This document shows positions 29,691-38,369 of a DNA stretch of 64,000 nt, piece by piece. Made by a program: the position numbers and the translations under genes. Numbering within the stretch: the first letter of the stretch is position 1; each line of letters starts with the position of its first letter. Source of the DNA: Dermatophilaceae bacterium (lineage in GTDB: Bacteria; Actinomycetota; Actinomycetes; Actinomycetales; Dermatophilaceae); contig DASSJT010000063.1 of assembly GCA_035691065.1 (NCBI GenBank), positions 19,489 through 83,488 of the forward strand. Reading direction: 5' to 3'. The notes below the pieces were generated by a model, which searched no databases, was not told where the DNA came from, and was given only the letters and a program-made list of their open reading frames with translations.

Positions 29691-30976
29691 CCCTCGGCCC
29701 TCGGGAGCGGGCCGTGGCTGCCGCGATCGACGCGGGTCAGGTCGAGCGCGATCTTGCGGCACTGGTGGCGATCCCGTCGGTCGACGGCACCTCTGGCGAG
29801 CTCGAGGCCCAGCGCTGGTGCGCCGACCGGCTGCGCGAGCTGGGCCTGGCCGTCGACGAGTGGGACGTCGACGTGGCCGCCCTCAGCCGCCACCCGGACT
29901 TCCCGGGGATGGAGGTCGACCGCGAGACAGCGGTCGGGTGCGTGGGGCTGATGGGCGCCGGGACCGACGGTCCGCCCGTCCCTGGGTCGTATGCCGTGCC
30001 GGGACTGGCGCTGTACGGCCACACGGACGTGGTGCCCGCGGGCGAGCCCGCCTCGTGGAGCGGCCACGACCCCTTCCGGCTGCGAGTCGAGGGCGACCTC
30101 GCTCACGGACGCGGGGCGTGCGACATGAAGGCGGGCGTCGTGGCCGTGCTGGCCGCCGTGCGGGCCCTCCAGAGCCTCGACATCCGGCTCACGCGGCCGC
30201 TCGCGGTCCACCTGGTGAGCGCCGAGGAGGATGGCGGCGTGGGTGCGGTCGCGACGCTGGCCCGAGGCCACACGTCCGAGGCCGTCGTGATCGCCGAGCC
30301 GACCGGCGGGACCGTCGTGCCCGCCAACGGCGGCTCCCTGACCTTCCGGCTCGAGGTGCCCGGGCTGGCGACCCACGGCTCCACCCGCACCCGGGGGGTC
30401 AGCGCGGTCACGGCCTTCGAGCGGGTCCACGCCGCACTCCGTGGCCTCGAGGCGCGGCGCAACACCACTCCCCCACCCCTGTTCGCCCACCTCGACCTGC
30501 CCTGGCCGCTATCCGTCGGCGTGGTGCGCGCCGGCGACTGGGCGAGCACCGTCCCCGACGCGCTCGTCGCGGAGGGCCGCTACGGCGTCGCGATCGGCGA
30601 GACCGTCGAGGACGCCCAGGCCGAGTTCGAGCGAGCCGTCGCTCAGGTCTGCGCCGGCGACGCCTGGCTGCGCGACCACCCGGTCCGGGTGAGCTGGCCA
30701 GGCGGCCGGTTCGCCTCCGCGTCTCTACCGGAGGACTCGCCGCTGCTCGTCCAGGTCGGCTCCGCCGTCCGGGACGTGCGCGGCGCGGCGCCCCCGGTCC
30801 TGGGCGCCCCCTATGGCTCCGACCTGCGACATTACCGGGCACACGGCATACCGGCCCTGCAGTATGGGCCCGGTGACGTGCGCTTCGCGCACGCCAGCGA
30901 CGAGCACGTGAGCCTTGCCGACACGGTTGCCTGCGCGCAGGTGTATGCCGTGCTCACGCTCGCCCTCTGCGGTTGA
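29687..30976 (+). CDS. M20 family metallo-hydrolase (ArgE/DapE/ACY1/CPG2-type deacylase)
   Basis: 429 aa from the GTG at 29687, overlapping the upstream stop (GTGA). Motifs LYGHTDVVPAG, CDMKAG and SAEEDGG. Confidence 0.8.
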   Translation: MTLGPRERAVAAAIDAGQVERDLAALVAIPSVDGTSGELEAQRWCADRLRELGLAVDEWDVDVAALSRHPDFPGMEVDRETAVGCVGLMGAGTDGPPVPGSYAVPGLALYGHTDVVPAGEPASWSGHDPFRLRVEGDLAHGRGACDMKAGVVAVLAAVRALQSLDIRLTRPLAVHLVSAEEDGGVGAVATLARGHTSEAVVIAEPTGGTVVPANGGSLTFRLEVPGLATHGSTRTRGVSAVTAFERVHAALRGLEARRNTTPPPLFAHLDLPWPLSVGVVRAGDWASTVPDALVAEGRYGVAIGETVEDAQAEFERAVAQVCAGDAWLRDHPVRVSWPGGRFASASLPEDSPLLVQVGSAVRDVRGAAPPVLGAPYGSDLRHYRAHGIPALQYGPGDVRFAHASDEHVSLADTVACAQVYAVLTLALCG

Positions 30977-31060
30977 GCCGCGCGGAGCCCAAGTCCGCCC
31001 CAAGTCCGCCTCAAGCGCAGGTCGGCACCGTGGTTCCACAACATCCACGAAGGAGCCGCC

Positions 31061-31520
31061 ATGAGCATCGACTCGACCCTCGGCCCGGCCGTCACCCGGG
31101 CCGGCGCGCCCGACAAGGCGCAGGTCAACCCGTCCACCCGCTTCGCGGCCGACAGCCGCGCAGACGGCCTGCGCACCCCTGGCCGCGAGGTCATCCACCT
31201 GCCCGGCGATCCCGGCTACGACGTCGCCAGGCTGCCCCTGGCAGGCCTCCGTAGACCAGCGCCCGGCTGCAGTCGCCACGCCGAGGACGGCGGCTGAGAC
31301 CGCCGCGTGGTCCGCGCCGCCGTGCGCGCCAGCCTGCGGGTTGCGCCGCAGAGCACCGGCCACAACGCTGCTCCGCTCGCGGCCCACGGGCTGGACGACG
31401 TCGTCCTGGTCCGCACGTCCGGGATGGCCGACGTCAGCATCGACGCCGACCGTCGGATCGTATGCGTGGGCGGCGGGACCCTGTGGCTGCCGGCCGTGGA
31501 GGCGGCGGCCGGCACCGGGA
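31061..31520 (+). pseudogene. FAD-binding (PCMH-type) oxidoreductase, frameshifted and 3'-truncated remnant
   Basis: GAAGGAG RBS and ATG at 31061. PGDPGYDVAR, then the expected QRPAAVATPRTAAETAA appears only in another frame. The original frame has an in-frame TGA at 31295, then resumes with VVRAAVRASLRVAPQSTGHNA...VGGGTLW and ends where the antisense MMPL fragment begins. Confidence 0.65.
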
Positions 31521-31860
31521 TGCCGCCGCTCCCCACGCCAAGGCCGACGAGGGCCACGGCAATCGGAAGCTCTGCGCTGACCACCGCGCCGAAGGCGCAG
31601 ACCAGGGTGAGCAGGGCCGCGATGATGCCGATGGCCTCGCCCCGCCCGCCGATCTTGGCAGTCGCGGTGTCGGAGAGGTCACCGCCGACCTCGACCTGGA
31701 GGCCGGCGGCCTGCAGCGGCGCGATCGCGCCCTCCAGCGGGCCGATCGTCCCCATGAGGTCCGGGTCGGTGACCGGGACGTCGTAGCTGACCGTGACCAG
31801 CGCCGTGTGGCCATCGCGGGACAGCCGCGGCCGGGCATGGGGTTCGGCGGTGGGGTCGCC
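31520..31860 (-). pseudogene. MMPL family transporter internal fragment
   Basis: About 110 aa: DGHTALVTVSYDVPVTDPDLMGTIGPLEGAIAPLQAAGLQVEVGGDLSDT...EAIGIIAALLTLVCAFGAVVSAELPIAVALVGLGVG. This is typical of the first periplasmic loop and TM2 of MMPL proteins. Both ends are missing. Boundaries are approximate. Confidence 0.6.
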
Positions 31861-31865
31861 GAGAC

Positions 31866-33107
31866 TCAGTCGGTGTCGGCGGTATGGCTCACGAACGCGT
31901 TCACCCAGCGGGCCCGCGGTACCCGGTCGACGAACATCGCCTTGACGAACAGGGTGAGCGGCACAGCCAGGAGGAGGCCGAGCGGTCCCATGACGATGGC
32001 CCAGAAGGCCAGCGACACGAAGGTCACTGTGGCGCTGAGCCCAACGGCGTCTCCGGCGAACTTCGGCAGCAGCAGGCTCTGGGTGACGAAGTTGATGGCC
32101 AGGTAGGCGGCGACCACCACGATCAGTGTCGTGGTGCCCCCGTCGAGGTACCCCAGGATCGCTGGCGGGATCAGCGCGAGCAGGAAGCCGATGTTGGGAA
32201 TGTAGTTCGCGACGAAGGCCAGCAGCCCGAAGGTGAACGCCAGCGGCACATCGATCACCAGCAGGGTTACGACGTCGAGGGCTGCCAGCAGAACGCCGAA
32301 GATGGTGCTTACGGCCCAGTACCGGCGCACATGGTGGGCGAAGTCGTTCAGGGCTTCGACCACGTCGCCGCGCTGGCCCGCGATGGCCTCCAGCCGCCGT
32401 GGCATGTTCTGGCCGTCGATGGCCAGGAACGCCAGTGCCAGGAGCAGCAGCAGGGTCAGGGTGGTGGCGCCGCCGATGCTGGCCAGAAGGGTCTGGGCAG
32501 CCCCGATGATGCTGCTCGGGTCGATGCGACTCAGGGCGGTGTCGACCTGGGCCTGGTCGATGCCCAAACGCGCCAGCTGGTCCAGGAGCCTCTGGTAGAG
32601 GTCCGAGAACTGGCCGGCGTAGTTGGGCACGACGGTGGCGAACCGCGCGGCGGCGACGCCGATCGCACTCAACATCCCGAGCACGAGGAGGTACAGGATC
32701 ACGAGCATGGCCACGGTTCCACTCCAGGCGGGCAGGCCACGGCCGGTCATCCACGTCCGGATCGGCTGAACCGTGATGACCAGGGTCACGGCGAGGAACA
32801 GCGGGCCCAGGATCTGGGAGAAGGTCTGCAGGCCCATGACCGCAAGGAACGCGGCACCCATGCCCACCAGCGCCGCGAGCGGCGCCGAGGAGGCGATGAC
32901 CTGACCGCTGCTGGGGGGCTGGCCGCTGCCGGCTGGCTGGCTGCTGCCGGGGGGCTGGCTGCTGCCGCCTGGCTGGCTGCTGCCGGCTGGCTCGAGGCCG
33001 GATTGCCCACTACTACTGGGGGGGTCGCTGCGGAGGGAGGACGACACGGGGCTCCTCAGGGTGGCGGTGCTGCGTCGCCCCATCCTTGCGCATCGTGGCT
33101 CGCCCAA
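31866..33107 (-). CDS. AI-2E family transporter (PerM-like)
   Basis: Up to 413 aa with a multi-TM core (LFLAVTLVITVQPI...IPNIGFLLALIPPAILGYL). The N-terminus has GSSQPx hexapeptide repeats, so the start is uncertain. Confidence 0.8.
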   Translation of the reverse strand: MGEPRCARMGRRSTATLRSPVSSSLRSDPPSSSGQSGLEPAGSSQPGGSSQPPGSSQPAGSGQPPSSGQVIASSAPLAALVGMGAAFLAVMGLQTFSQILGPLFLAVTLVITVQPIRTWMTGRGLPAWSGTVAMLVILYLLVLGMLSAIGVAAARFATVVPNYAGQFSDLYQRLLDQLARLGIDQAQVDTALSRIDPSSIIGAAQTLLASIGGATTLTLLLLLALAFLAIDGQNMPRRLEAIAGQRGDVVEALNDFAHHVRRYWAVSTIFGVLLAALDVVTLLVIDVPLAFTFGLLAFVANYIPNIGFLLALIPPAILGYLDGGTTTLIVVVAAYLAINFVTQSLLLPKFAGDAVGLSATVTFVSLAFWAIVMGPLGLLLAVPLTLFVKAMFVDRVPRARWVNAFVSHTADTD

Positions 33108-33190
33108 GCACGTCGGGGAGCAGAGCCGGGATCCTCAGGCACCAGTCCAAGGCCGGCCGTGCATCGGGCCCGCACCGGTCTCCTGGGGCC

Positions 33191-33220
33191 GGGCCCACCG
33201 GCATACGCACCGGTGGGCCC
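33191..33220 (-). terminator. hairpin downstream of the hydrolase gene, with the octamer core in its loop
   Basis: GGGCCCACCG gcatacgcac CGGTGGGCCC: a 10-bp perfect stem about 33 nt past the stop at 33253. Confidence 0.5.
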
Positions 33221-33252
33221 AGCCGACCCACCCGAGCCTGCGCGGCCCGCAG

Positions 33253-34704
33253 TCAGAGGTTGCAGGTGTTGAGCAGGTCGCCGCTCTGCGGCCTCGGGTG
33301 GAAGCCGTCGGCGGGCGGCTCGGCGCCGTTCTCGACCCACCCGGTCAGCAGGTCGAACGCGCTCCGCGCGCAGGGCAGCAACGGCCGCAGCCGGTCGGGG
33401 AAGGCCGGGTAGAGGCCGTCGACGTGGTTGCCGTCCGCAATGGTGTAGTAGCGGTGAAGCGAGCCTGAGCCGGCCTGGTCGACGAGCCGGTCGTAGACGT
33501 CGGAGTCGGTCGCCGGCGGCAGGAGCGCGTCGAGCGAGCCCTGGACGGTGATCATCGGCTTGCCGATCCGGCCGGTCAGCTGGACCGAGCGAACGGCGTC
33601 CCTCACCGCCGCGGGGCGGGAGGCGTAGTCGTAGTCGGCGTCGCAGTCCGGGGTTCCGCTGGCGCAGAAGGGCACTCCCGCCTTGAGGTCGCCGTCGTAG
33701 TCCGGGTCGAGCTCCTCGCGGTAGATGCGCTGGGTGAGGTCCCAGTACACCTGGTAGTGGAACGGCCACAGGAACTCCGACCCCGGGGCGAACCCGGCCG
33801 CGATCATCGCGTCATGGGCCGCCGGGTCGCCGGTCGCGGCATACGCCGGGTAGTTCTTGAGCGCCGCGGGGAGGTAGGTGAGCAGGTTCGGGCCGGCAGC
33901 GCGGAAGAGGGTGCCCTCCCAGTCGACGCCCCCGTCGTACAGCTCCGGGTGGTTCTCCAGCTGCCAGCGGGTGAGGTACCCGCCGTTGGAGATGCCGAAC
34001 ATCCACGTCCGCGACGGCACCTTCGTGTAGACCTGCCGCGCGGCGTCCTTGGTCGCCAGCGTGAGCTGCGTGACCCGCTCGTTCCACTCGGCGATCGAGC
34101 CGCCCGGCGCGGAGCCGTCGTCGAAGAACGCCGCCCCGGTGTTGCCCTTGTCGGTCGAGGCGAAGGCGTATCCCCGGGCGAGCACCCAGTCGCTGATGAT
34201 GAAGTCGTTGGCGTACTGCCGCCGCACGCCCGGCGCCCCGCTGACGACCACCCCGCCGTTCCAGCTGTCCGGGAACCGGATCACGAACTGCGAGTCGTGG
34301 TTCCAGCCGTTGTTGGTGTTGCCGTGCGAGGTGTCCGGGAAGTAGCCGTCGACCTGGATGCCGGGCACGCCGCTCGGGTTGGCCGTGCCGGGGGCGTGCA
34401 GTCCGTTCCAGTCCGCCTGCACGGTGTGGCCGGTCGTGAGCGTGCCGGCAGTGGTCAGGTCGTCGAGGCAGGCGGTCTTCTGCACCTCAGCGCCCCGCAC
34501 GCTGATCTTGTCGATGCGGGCGCAGTGCTCGCCCTTGTGCGGTTTGTTCTTGGCGTATGCCGTGGGGCCGGCGAGCGCGGCACCGCCCAGGAACAGCGCG
34601 CTCACCGCGGCGAGCGAGGCGACCCGGCGTAGGGCGGGCCGGGCTGACCGGTTGCGGGTGGGCCGGTTGCTGCTGGGCCGGGCGGGGGCTGACTCCGTTG
34701 TCAT
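33253..34704 (-). CDS. secreted alpha/beta hydrolase (tannase/feruloyl esterase or 3-hydroxybutyrate-oligomer hydrolase-like)
   Basis: 483 aa. Arg-rich N-terminus plus a hydrophobic signal (LAAVSALFLGGAALAGPTAYA), nucleophile elbow GISNGG, and several Cys pairs. Confidence 0.6.
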   Translation of the reverse strand: MTTESAPARPSSNRPTRNRSARPALRRVASLAAVSALFLGGAALAGPTAYAKNKPHKGEHCARIDKISVRGAEVQKTACLDDLTTAGTLTTGHTVQADWNGLHAPGTANPSGVPGIQVDGYFPDTSHGNTNNGWNHDSQFVIRFPDSWNGGVVVSGAPGVRRQYANDFIISDWVLARGYAFASTDKGNTGAAFFDDGSAPGGSIAEWNERVTQLTLATKDAARQVYTKVPSRTWMFGISNGGYLTRWQLENHPELYDGGVDWEGTLFRAAGPNLLTYLPAALKNYPAYAATGDPAAHDAMIAAGFAPGSEFLWPFHYQVYWDLTQRIYREELDPDYDGDLKAGVPFCASGTPDCDADYDYASRPAAVRDAVRSVQLTGRIGKPMITVQGSLDALLPPATDSDVYDRLVDQAGSGSLHRYYTIADGNHVDGLYPAFPDRLRPLLPCARSAFDLLTGWVENGAEPPADGFHPRPQSGDLLNTCNL

Positions 34705-34975
34705 GGGCGTTCATCGAACGCCCCTGCCGTCCTGCGCTCAATGTGGATTCGGCACACAACCATCGAGCGGGCATGTGGGCACCCCCGCCTCAGGTGCGGG
34801 TGCTGCGCCGCGTTGACCAGTCGGGCTGACGAGGTGAGCGGGCTCGTCCGAATGGCCGATGCGCGTATCACCCATGGCGCGATACGCCTCCTGTAGAGCG
34901 CACGTCACGACCGCGCCCGAGAGCCGCCGTGGGGCGGCCAGCGGCCGCGACCAGCAGGGGAAAGGGAGTCGCACG

Positions 34976-37045
34976 ATGGCAGACAGCATGACGGTCCTGC
35001 GCAACGCTGGCCCTCCAGGGACCAAGCGGAACATCGCCATCCTGGGAGATGGCTTCACGGCGGCCGACCAACCCGCCTACAACACCTGGGTGGAGAACAC
35101 CCTGATGCAGGGCGTCTTCGGGCACGACTACTTCTCCGAGGACGCGTCGGCCTACAACATCTACCGGGTCAACCTCGAGTCGGTGGACTCGGGGGTCAGC
35201 ACCCGGACGTACGACGAGAAGGGCACGGTCGACCCGTCTGACGACACCATCGTCTCCGAGGTGGTTCGCAACACCGCGCTCGGGATGATCTTCAGCGGCT
35301 CGTGGTCGCACTGCTGGCTGGAGTACGGCACCAACACCGAGACCCTGCTCCAGGCAGCGCTCAACACGTGGGTTCCCGACGCGAACGAGATCCTCGTCGT
35401 CCTCAACAACCCCAACTACGGCGGCTGCGGTGGCGGTGGCCGTGCCCACGTGCCCATGGGCGTCGACTGGACCGTCATCGCCCACGAGTTCGGCCACGGG
35501 ATCGGCGGATTCGCCGATGAGTACTGCGTGACCGGTGCTTACGCGGGTGGGGAACAGGGCTGGATCAACCTGACGACGATCACAGACCGCGCGACCACGA
35601 AGTGGAAGCAGTTCATCGACCCCACCACCCCCCTGCCGACCGGTGTCGGCGCCTGCGCGGACTACAACCAGGGCACCCGCCCGACCACGTGGAGCAGCAA
35701 CTTCGACGTCGGGCTCTTCGAGGGGGGCGGGACGATGAACACCGGCATCTACCGTCCGGTGGAGAACTGCCGGATGAGGGGCAACACCCCCGAGTACTGC
35801 CCCGTCTGCTACACCTCGATCAAGACCGCCCGCGACCACGAGACCGAGCACCACTTCCGGGGGGCGCACGCCGGCAACTTCTTCGGGAGCGGGCGCAGTG
35901 ACGTGCTGCTCCACCACGGCCGGTCGATCCAGCTGTTCCGCAACGACGGCAGCGGCTTCGCTCACAGCTTCAGCGGGGTCGAGCGGGTGCCGGGGTCGTG
36001 GCAGTTCCAGCCCAACGACCAGATCGTCGTCGGCGACTTCAACGGTGACGGGGTCGACGAGGTCGTGATCTTCAACGGGTCGGACTGGGCGATTCCGTAT
36101 CTCGGGCTCCTCGCCTCCGACGGCGCGGGAGGGCTTCGGCTCATCGCGCGCTACGACGGGGACATTCCCGGCTGGGGCGGGTTCGCGAAGAACGACCGCT
36201 TCTTCGCGGCGGACCTCAACGGTGACGGCAAGGACGACCTCGTGGTGTTCAACGGCGACGACTGGTCCATGACCTATGTGGGCCTGTTGCGCAGCACTGG
36301 CTTCGGCTTCTACCTCACCAACCGCTACGACGGGGACATCCCGGGCTGGGGCGGCTTGGCACAGCACGACGAGCTGTTCGTCGGCGACCTCAACGGCAAC
36401 GGCAAGGACGACCTGGTCATCTTCAACGGCGACGACTGGTCCATGGCGTATGTCGGGCTGTTCCGCTCCCAGGCCAGTGGGCTGAACATGACCGCTCGCT
36501 ATGACGGGGACATCCCCGGCTGGGGAGGCCTGGCTCGGAACGACCGACTGACCCTCGGCGACTTCGACGGCGACCGGCGCTGCGACGTGTTCATCTTCAA
36601 CGGCGACGACTGGGCCATCCCCTACCTCGGGATGTTCCGCTCGTCCGGCAATGGCCTTGCCTACGTCAACCGGTACGACGGCGACGTGCCCGCATGGGGC
36701 GGTCTCGCCCGGCACGACCGCTTCATCGCCGCCGACCTGAACGGCGACGGGCGGTGCGACCTGTGGGCCTGGAACTACCAGGACTGGTCAACGGAGTACC
36801 TCGGCCGGATGATCTCGACCGGCACGGGCCTTCAGGCCAGCTTTGCCGGAGACTGGATCGGTGAGTGGAACCTGGGACCAGCCGATGCCTTCGAAGTGGC
36901 CCGCTTCTCGGGCAAGACCGGCCAGCCGCACCTCTACGTCCACAACACCGACTGGTTCGGCGTGCTGGACGGGGCCAGCGGCTACGGCCTGGACCGGATC
37001 TACTACCGGTGGATCCGCGACTACCGGTATGGCCGGAACTGGTGA
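34976..37045 (+). CDS. M64-like zinc metallopeptidase fused to a 7-blade FG-GAP/VCBS beta-propeller
   Basis: 689 aa from the ATG at 34976 (AAGGGAG RBS). N-domain NIAILGDGFT...HEFGHGIGGFADEYC. It has about seven ~60-aa repeats with D(F/L)NGDGxDD Ca-binding-like loops. No signal peptide or TM segment is visible. Confidence 0.75.
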   Translation: MADSMTVLRNAGPPGTKRNIAILGDGFTAADQPAYNTWVENTLMQGVFGHDYFSEDASAYNIYRVNLESVDSGVSTRTYDEKGTVDPSDDTIVSEVVRNTALGMIFSGSWSHCWLEYGTNTETLLQAALNTWVPDANEILVVLNNPNYGGCGGGGRAHVPMGVDWTVIAHEFGHGIGGFADEYCVTGAYAGGEQGWINLTTITDRATTKWKQFIDPTTPLPTGVGACADYNQGTRPTTWSSNFDVGLFEGGGTMNTGIYRPVENCRMRGNTPEYCPVCYTSIKTARDHETEHHFRGAHAGNFFGSGRSDVLLHHGRSIQLFRNDGSGFAHSFSGVERVPGSWQFQPNDQIVVGDFNGDGVDEVVIFNGSDWAIPYLGLLASDGAGGLRLIARYDGDIPGWGGFAKNDRFFAADLNGDGKDDLVVFNGDDWSMTYVGLLRSTGFGFYLTNRYDGDIPGWGGLAQHDELFVGDLNGNGKDDLVIFNGDDWSMAYVGLFRSQASGLNMTARYDGDIPGWGGLARNDRLTLGDFDGDRRCDVFIFNGDDWAIPYLGMFRSSGNGLAYVNRYDGDVPAWGGLARHDRFIAADLNGDGRCDLWAWNYQDWSTEYLGRMISTGTGLQASFAGDWIGEWNLGPADAFEVARFSGKTGQPHLYVHNTDWFGVLDGASGYGLDRIYYRWIRDYRYGRNW

Positions 37046-37059
37046 ACGGAGAGAAGACC

Positions 37060-37854
37060 ATGAGGAAGCAAGAGCGCGGCGCCGAGCCTCGGCGGGCCAG
37101 CGGACGGCCGACCAAGCCGCCGGCGCCCACCAAAGCCGCTGCCGCAGAACGGAACACCACCCCGCCCTCGTACGGCGGACCCGCCAAGGGCGAGAGCCCA
37201 CCCGAGCGCCGGGGCCGGCCCACCCGTAAGCCGACCAAGGCCGAGGTCGAGCCCGAGGCCACGCGCCGGCCACGCCGCCCGCGGGGCGAGCCCGACCTTC
37301 CCGACCAGGAGCCACGACGCGCCCGAAGAGGAGGCAGAAGCCGTGGCCGGAGCCGCGCCGCCGCGGGCCGGCCGTCTGAGCAGTACATCCGGCTGCGGAT
37401 GCGGGTCCGGGGAGACCGCCTGAGCGTGCTCGACAGCCACCTCGTTGACGGGCCGCTGGCACAGACGACGACGTTCCCCGAGGGCAATGCCTACGAGGTG
37501 ACCCTCGGAAACCAGCTCCTGCACGCCGGCTACCTGCCCGACCTCGGGGTCCAGCGGTCCTTCGTCAACCCTTCAGGGCCTCCCGAGCAGCGCGGTCACC
37601 ACTTCCAGGAGCGCGAGGTCTACGAGTTCAACGCCCGGGTGCCCGCAGAGCACGTCACGCCGGAGACCATCGGCGAGATCCGCGTGCGGCTGCACCGAGT
37701 CAAGGAAGAGGCGCGCAGCGATGTCCTGCGCGACCTACCGCTGCAGCAACAGTTCGAGCGCGAGGTGAGGCCGGTGGCCGAGCTCGTCGGCCTGCCCGAG
37801 TCCGCTCTGCCGGAGGCGATCCAGGAGCGCGGCGGTCGCACTCCCAGTCTCTAG
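37060..37854 (+). CDS. hypothetical protein (basic disordered N-terminus plus ~160-aa unknown domain)
   Basis: 264 aa. The ATG lies 14 nt after the M64/FG-GAP stop, with GGAGAG upstream. The first ~105 aa are rich in R, P, K and E. No family recognised. Confidence 0.55.
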   Translation: MRKQERGAEPRRASGRPTKPPAPTKAAAAERNTTPPSYGGPAKGESPPERRGRPTRKPTKAEVEPEATRRPRRPRGEPDLPDQEPRRARRGGRSRGRSRAAAGRPSEQYIRLRMRVRGDRLSVLDSHLVDGPLAQTTTFPEGNAYEVTLGNQLLHAGYLPDLGVQRSFVNPSGPPEQRGHHFQEREVYEFNARVPAEHVTPETIGEIRVRLHRVKEEARSDVLRDLPLQQQFEREVRPVAELVGLPESALPEAIQERGGRTPSL

Positions 37855-37915
37855 GGAAGCGCTGAGGCGCGCGAAGCGGCGAATGGGCGACCGCCTCGAG
37901 AGCGACCGTGAGACG

Positions 37916-37950
37916 CTGCCTCCGGCCGGCAGTATGCCGGCCGGCGGCAG
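37916..37950 (+). terminator. strong hairpin after the 37060-37854 gene
   Basis: CTGCCTCCGGCCGGCA gta TGCCGGCCGGCGGCAG: a 16-bp stem with one mismatch. The octamer GTATGCCG spans the loop and the 3' arm. Confidence 0.6.
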
Positions 37951-38031
37951 CGTCGGGGTCTGCCCGGTTGGGCTGGGTCAGATGAGCTGGGTCAGCTGAC
38001 TGGGGTCAGATCAGCTATTCAGATCGGCCGT

Positions 38032-38163
38032 TCAGATCAGCTTGGTCAGCGTCAGCAGGGCCAGCCCGACGGCCACGAGGCTGATCTTCCTGACCTGGAA
38101 GCCGAAGGCAGCCCCGATGAAGGCGATCAGGGCCAGGATGTACAGGATCTTGTCGGTCGACAC
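38032..38163 (-). CDS. small hydrophobic protein (43 aa, 2 TM)
   Basis: The GTG at 38163 is preceded by GAGAGGAA. VSTDKILYILALIAFIGAAFGFQVRKISLVAVGLALLTLTKLI. Not in the track as a separate ORF. Confidence 0.4.
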   Translation of the reverse strand: MSTDKILYILALIAFIGAAFGFQVRKISLVAVGLALLTLTKLI

Positions 38164-38369
38164 GACGCGGATTCCTCTCTGCTGCAGGGGATGCAGGACA
38201 CGCTGGCAGTACCCACTTCCGCCTGTTTGAGTCGGCTCCTCGAGGCGACCAGGGCAGGGCCAGCGAGGGCGGAGCCTAGCGGTGCCGCGGCCCGAAGTGC
38301 CGCAGGCGCTCGGCGCGCCTGCGGCATACTGCGGCATACCCGGGGAGCCAGCCGGTCGGCATACCTCCG

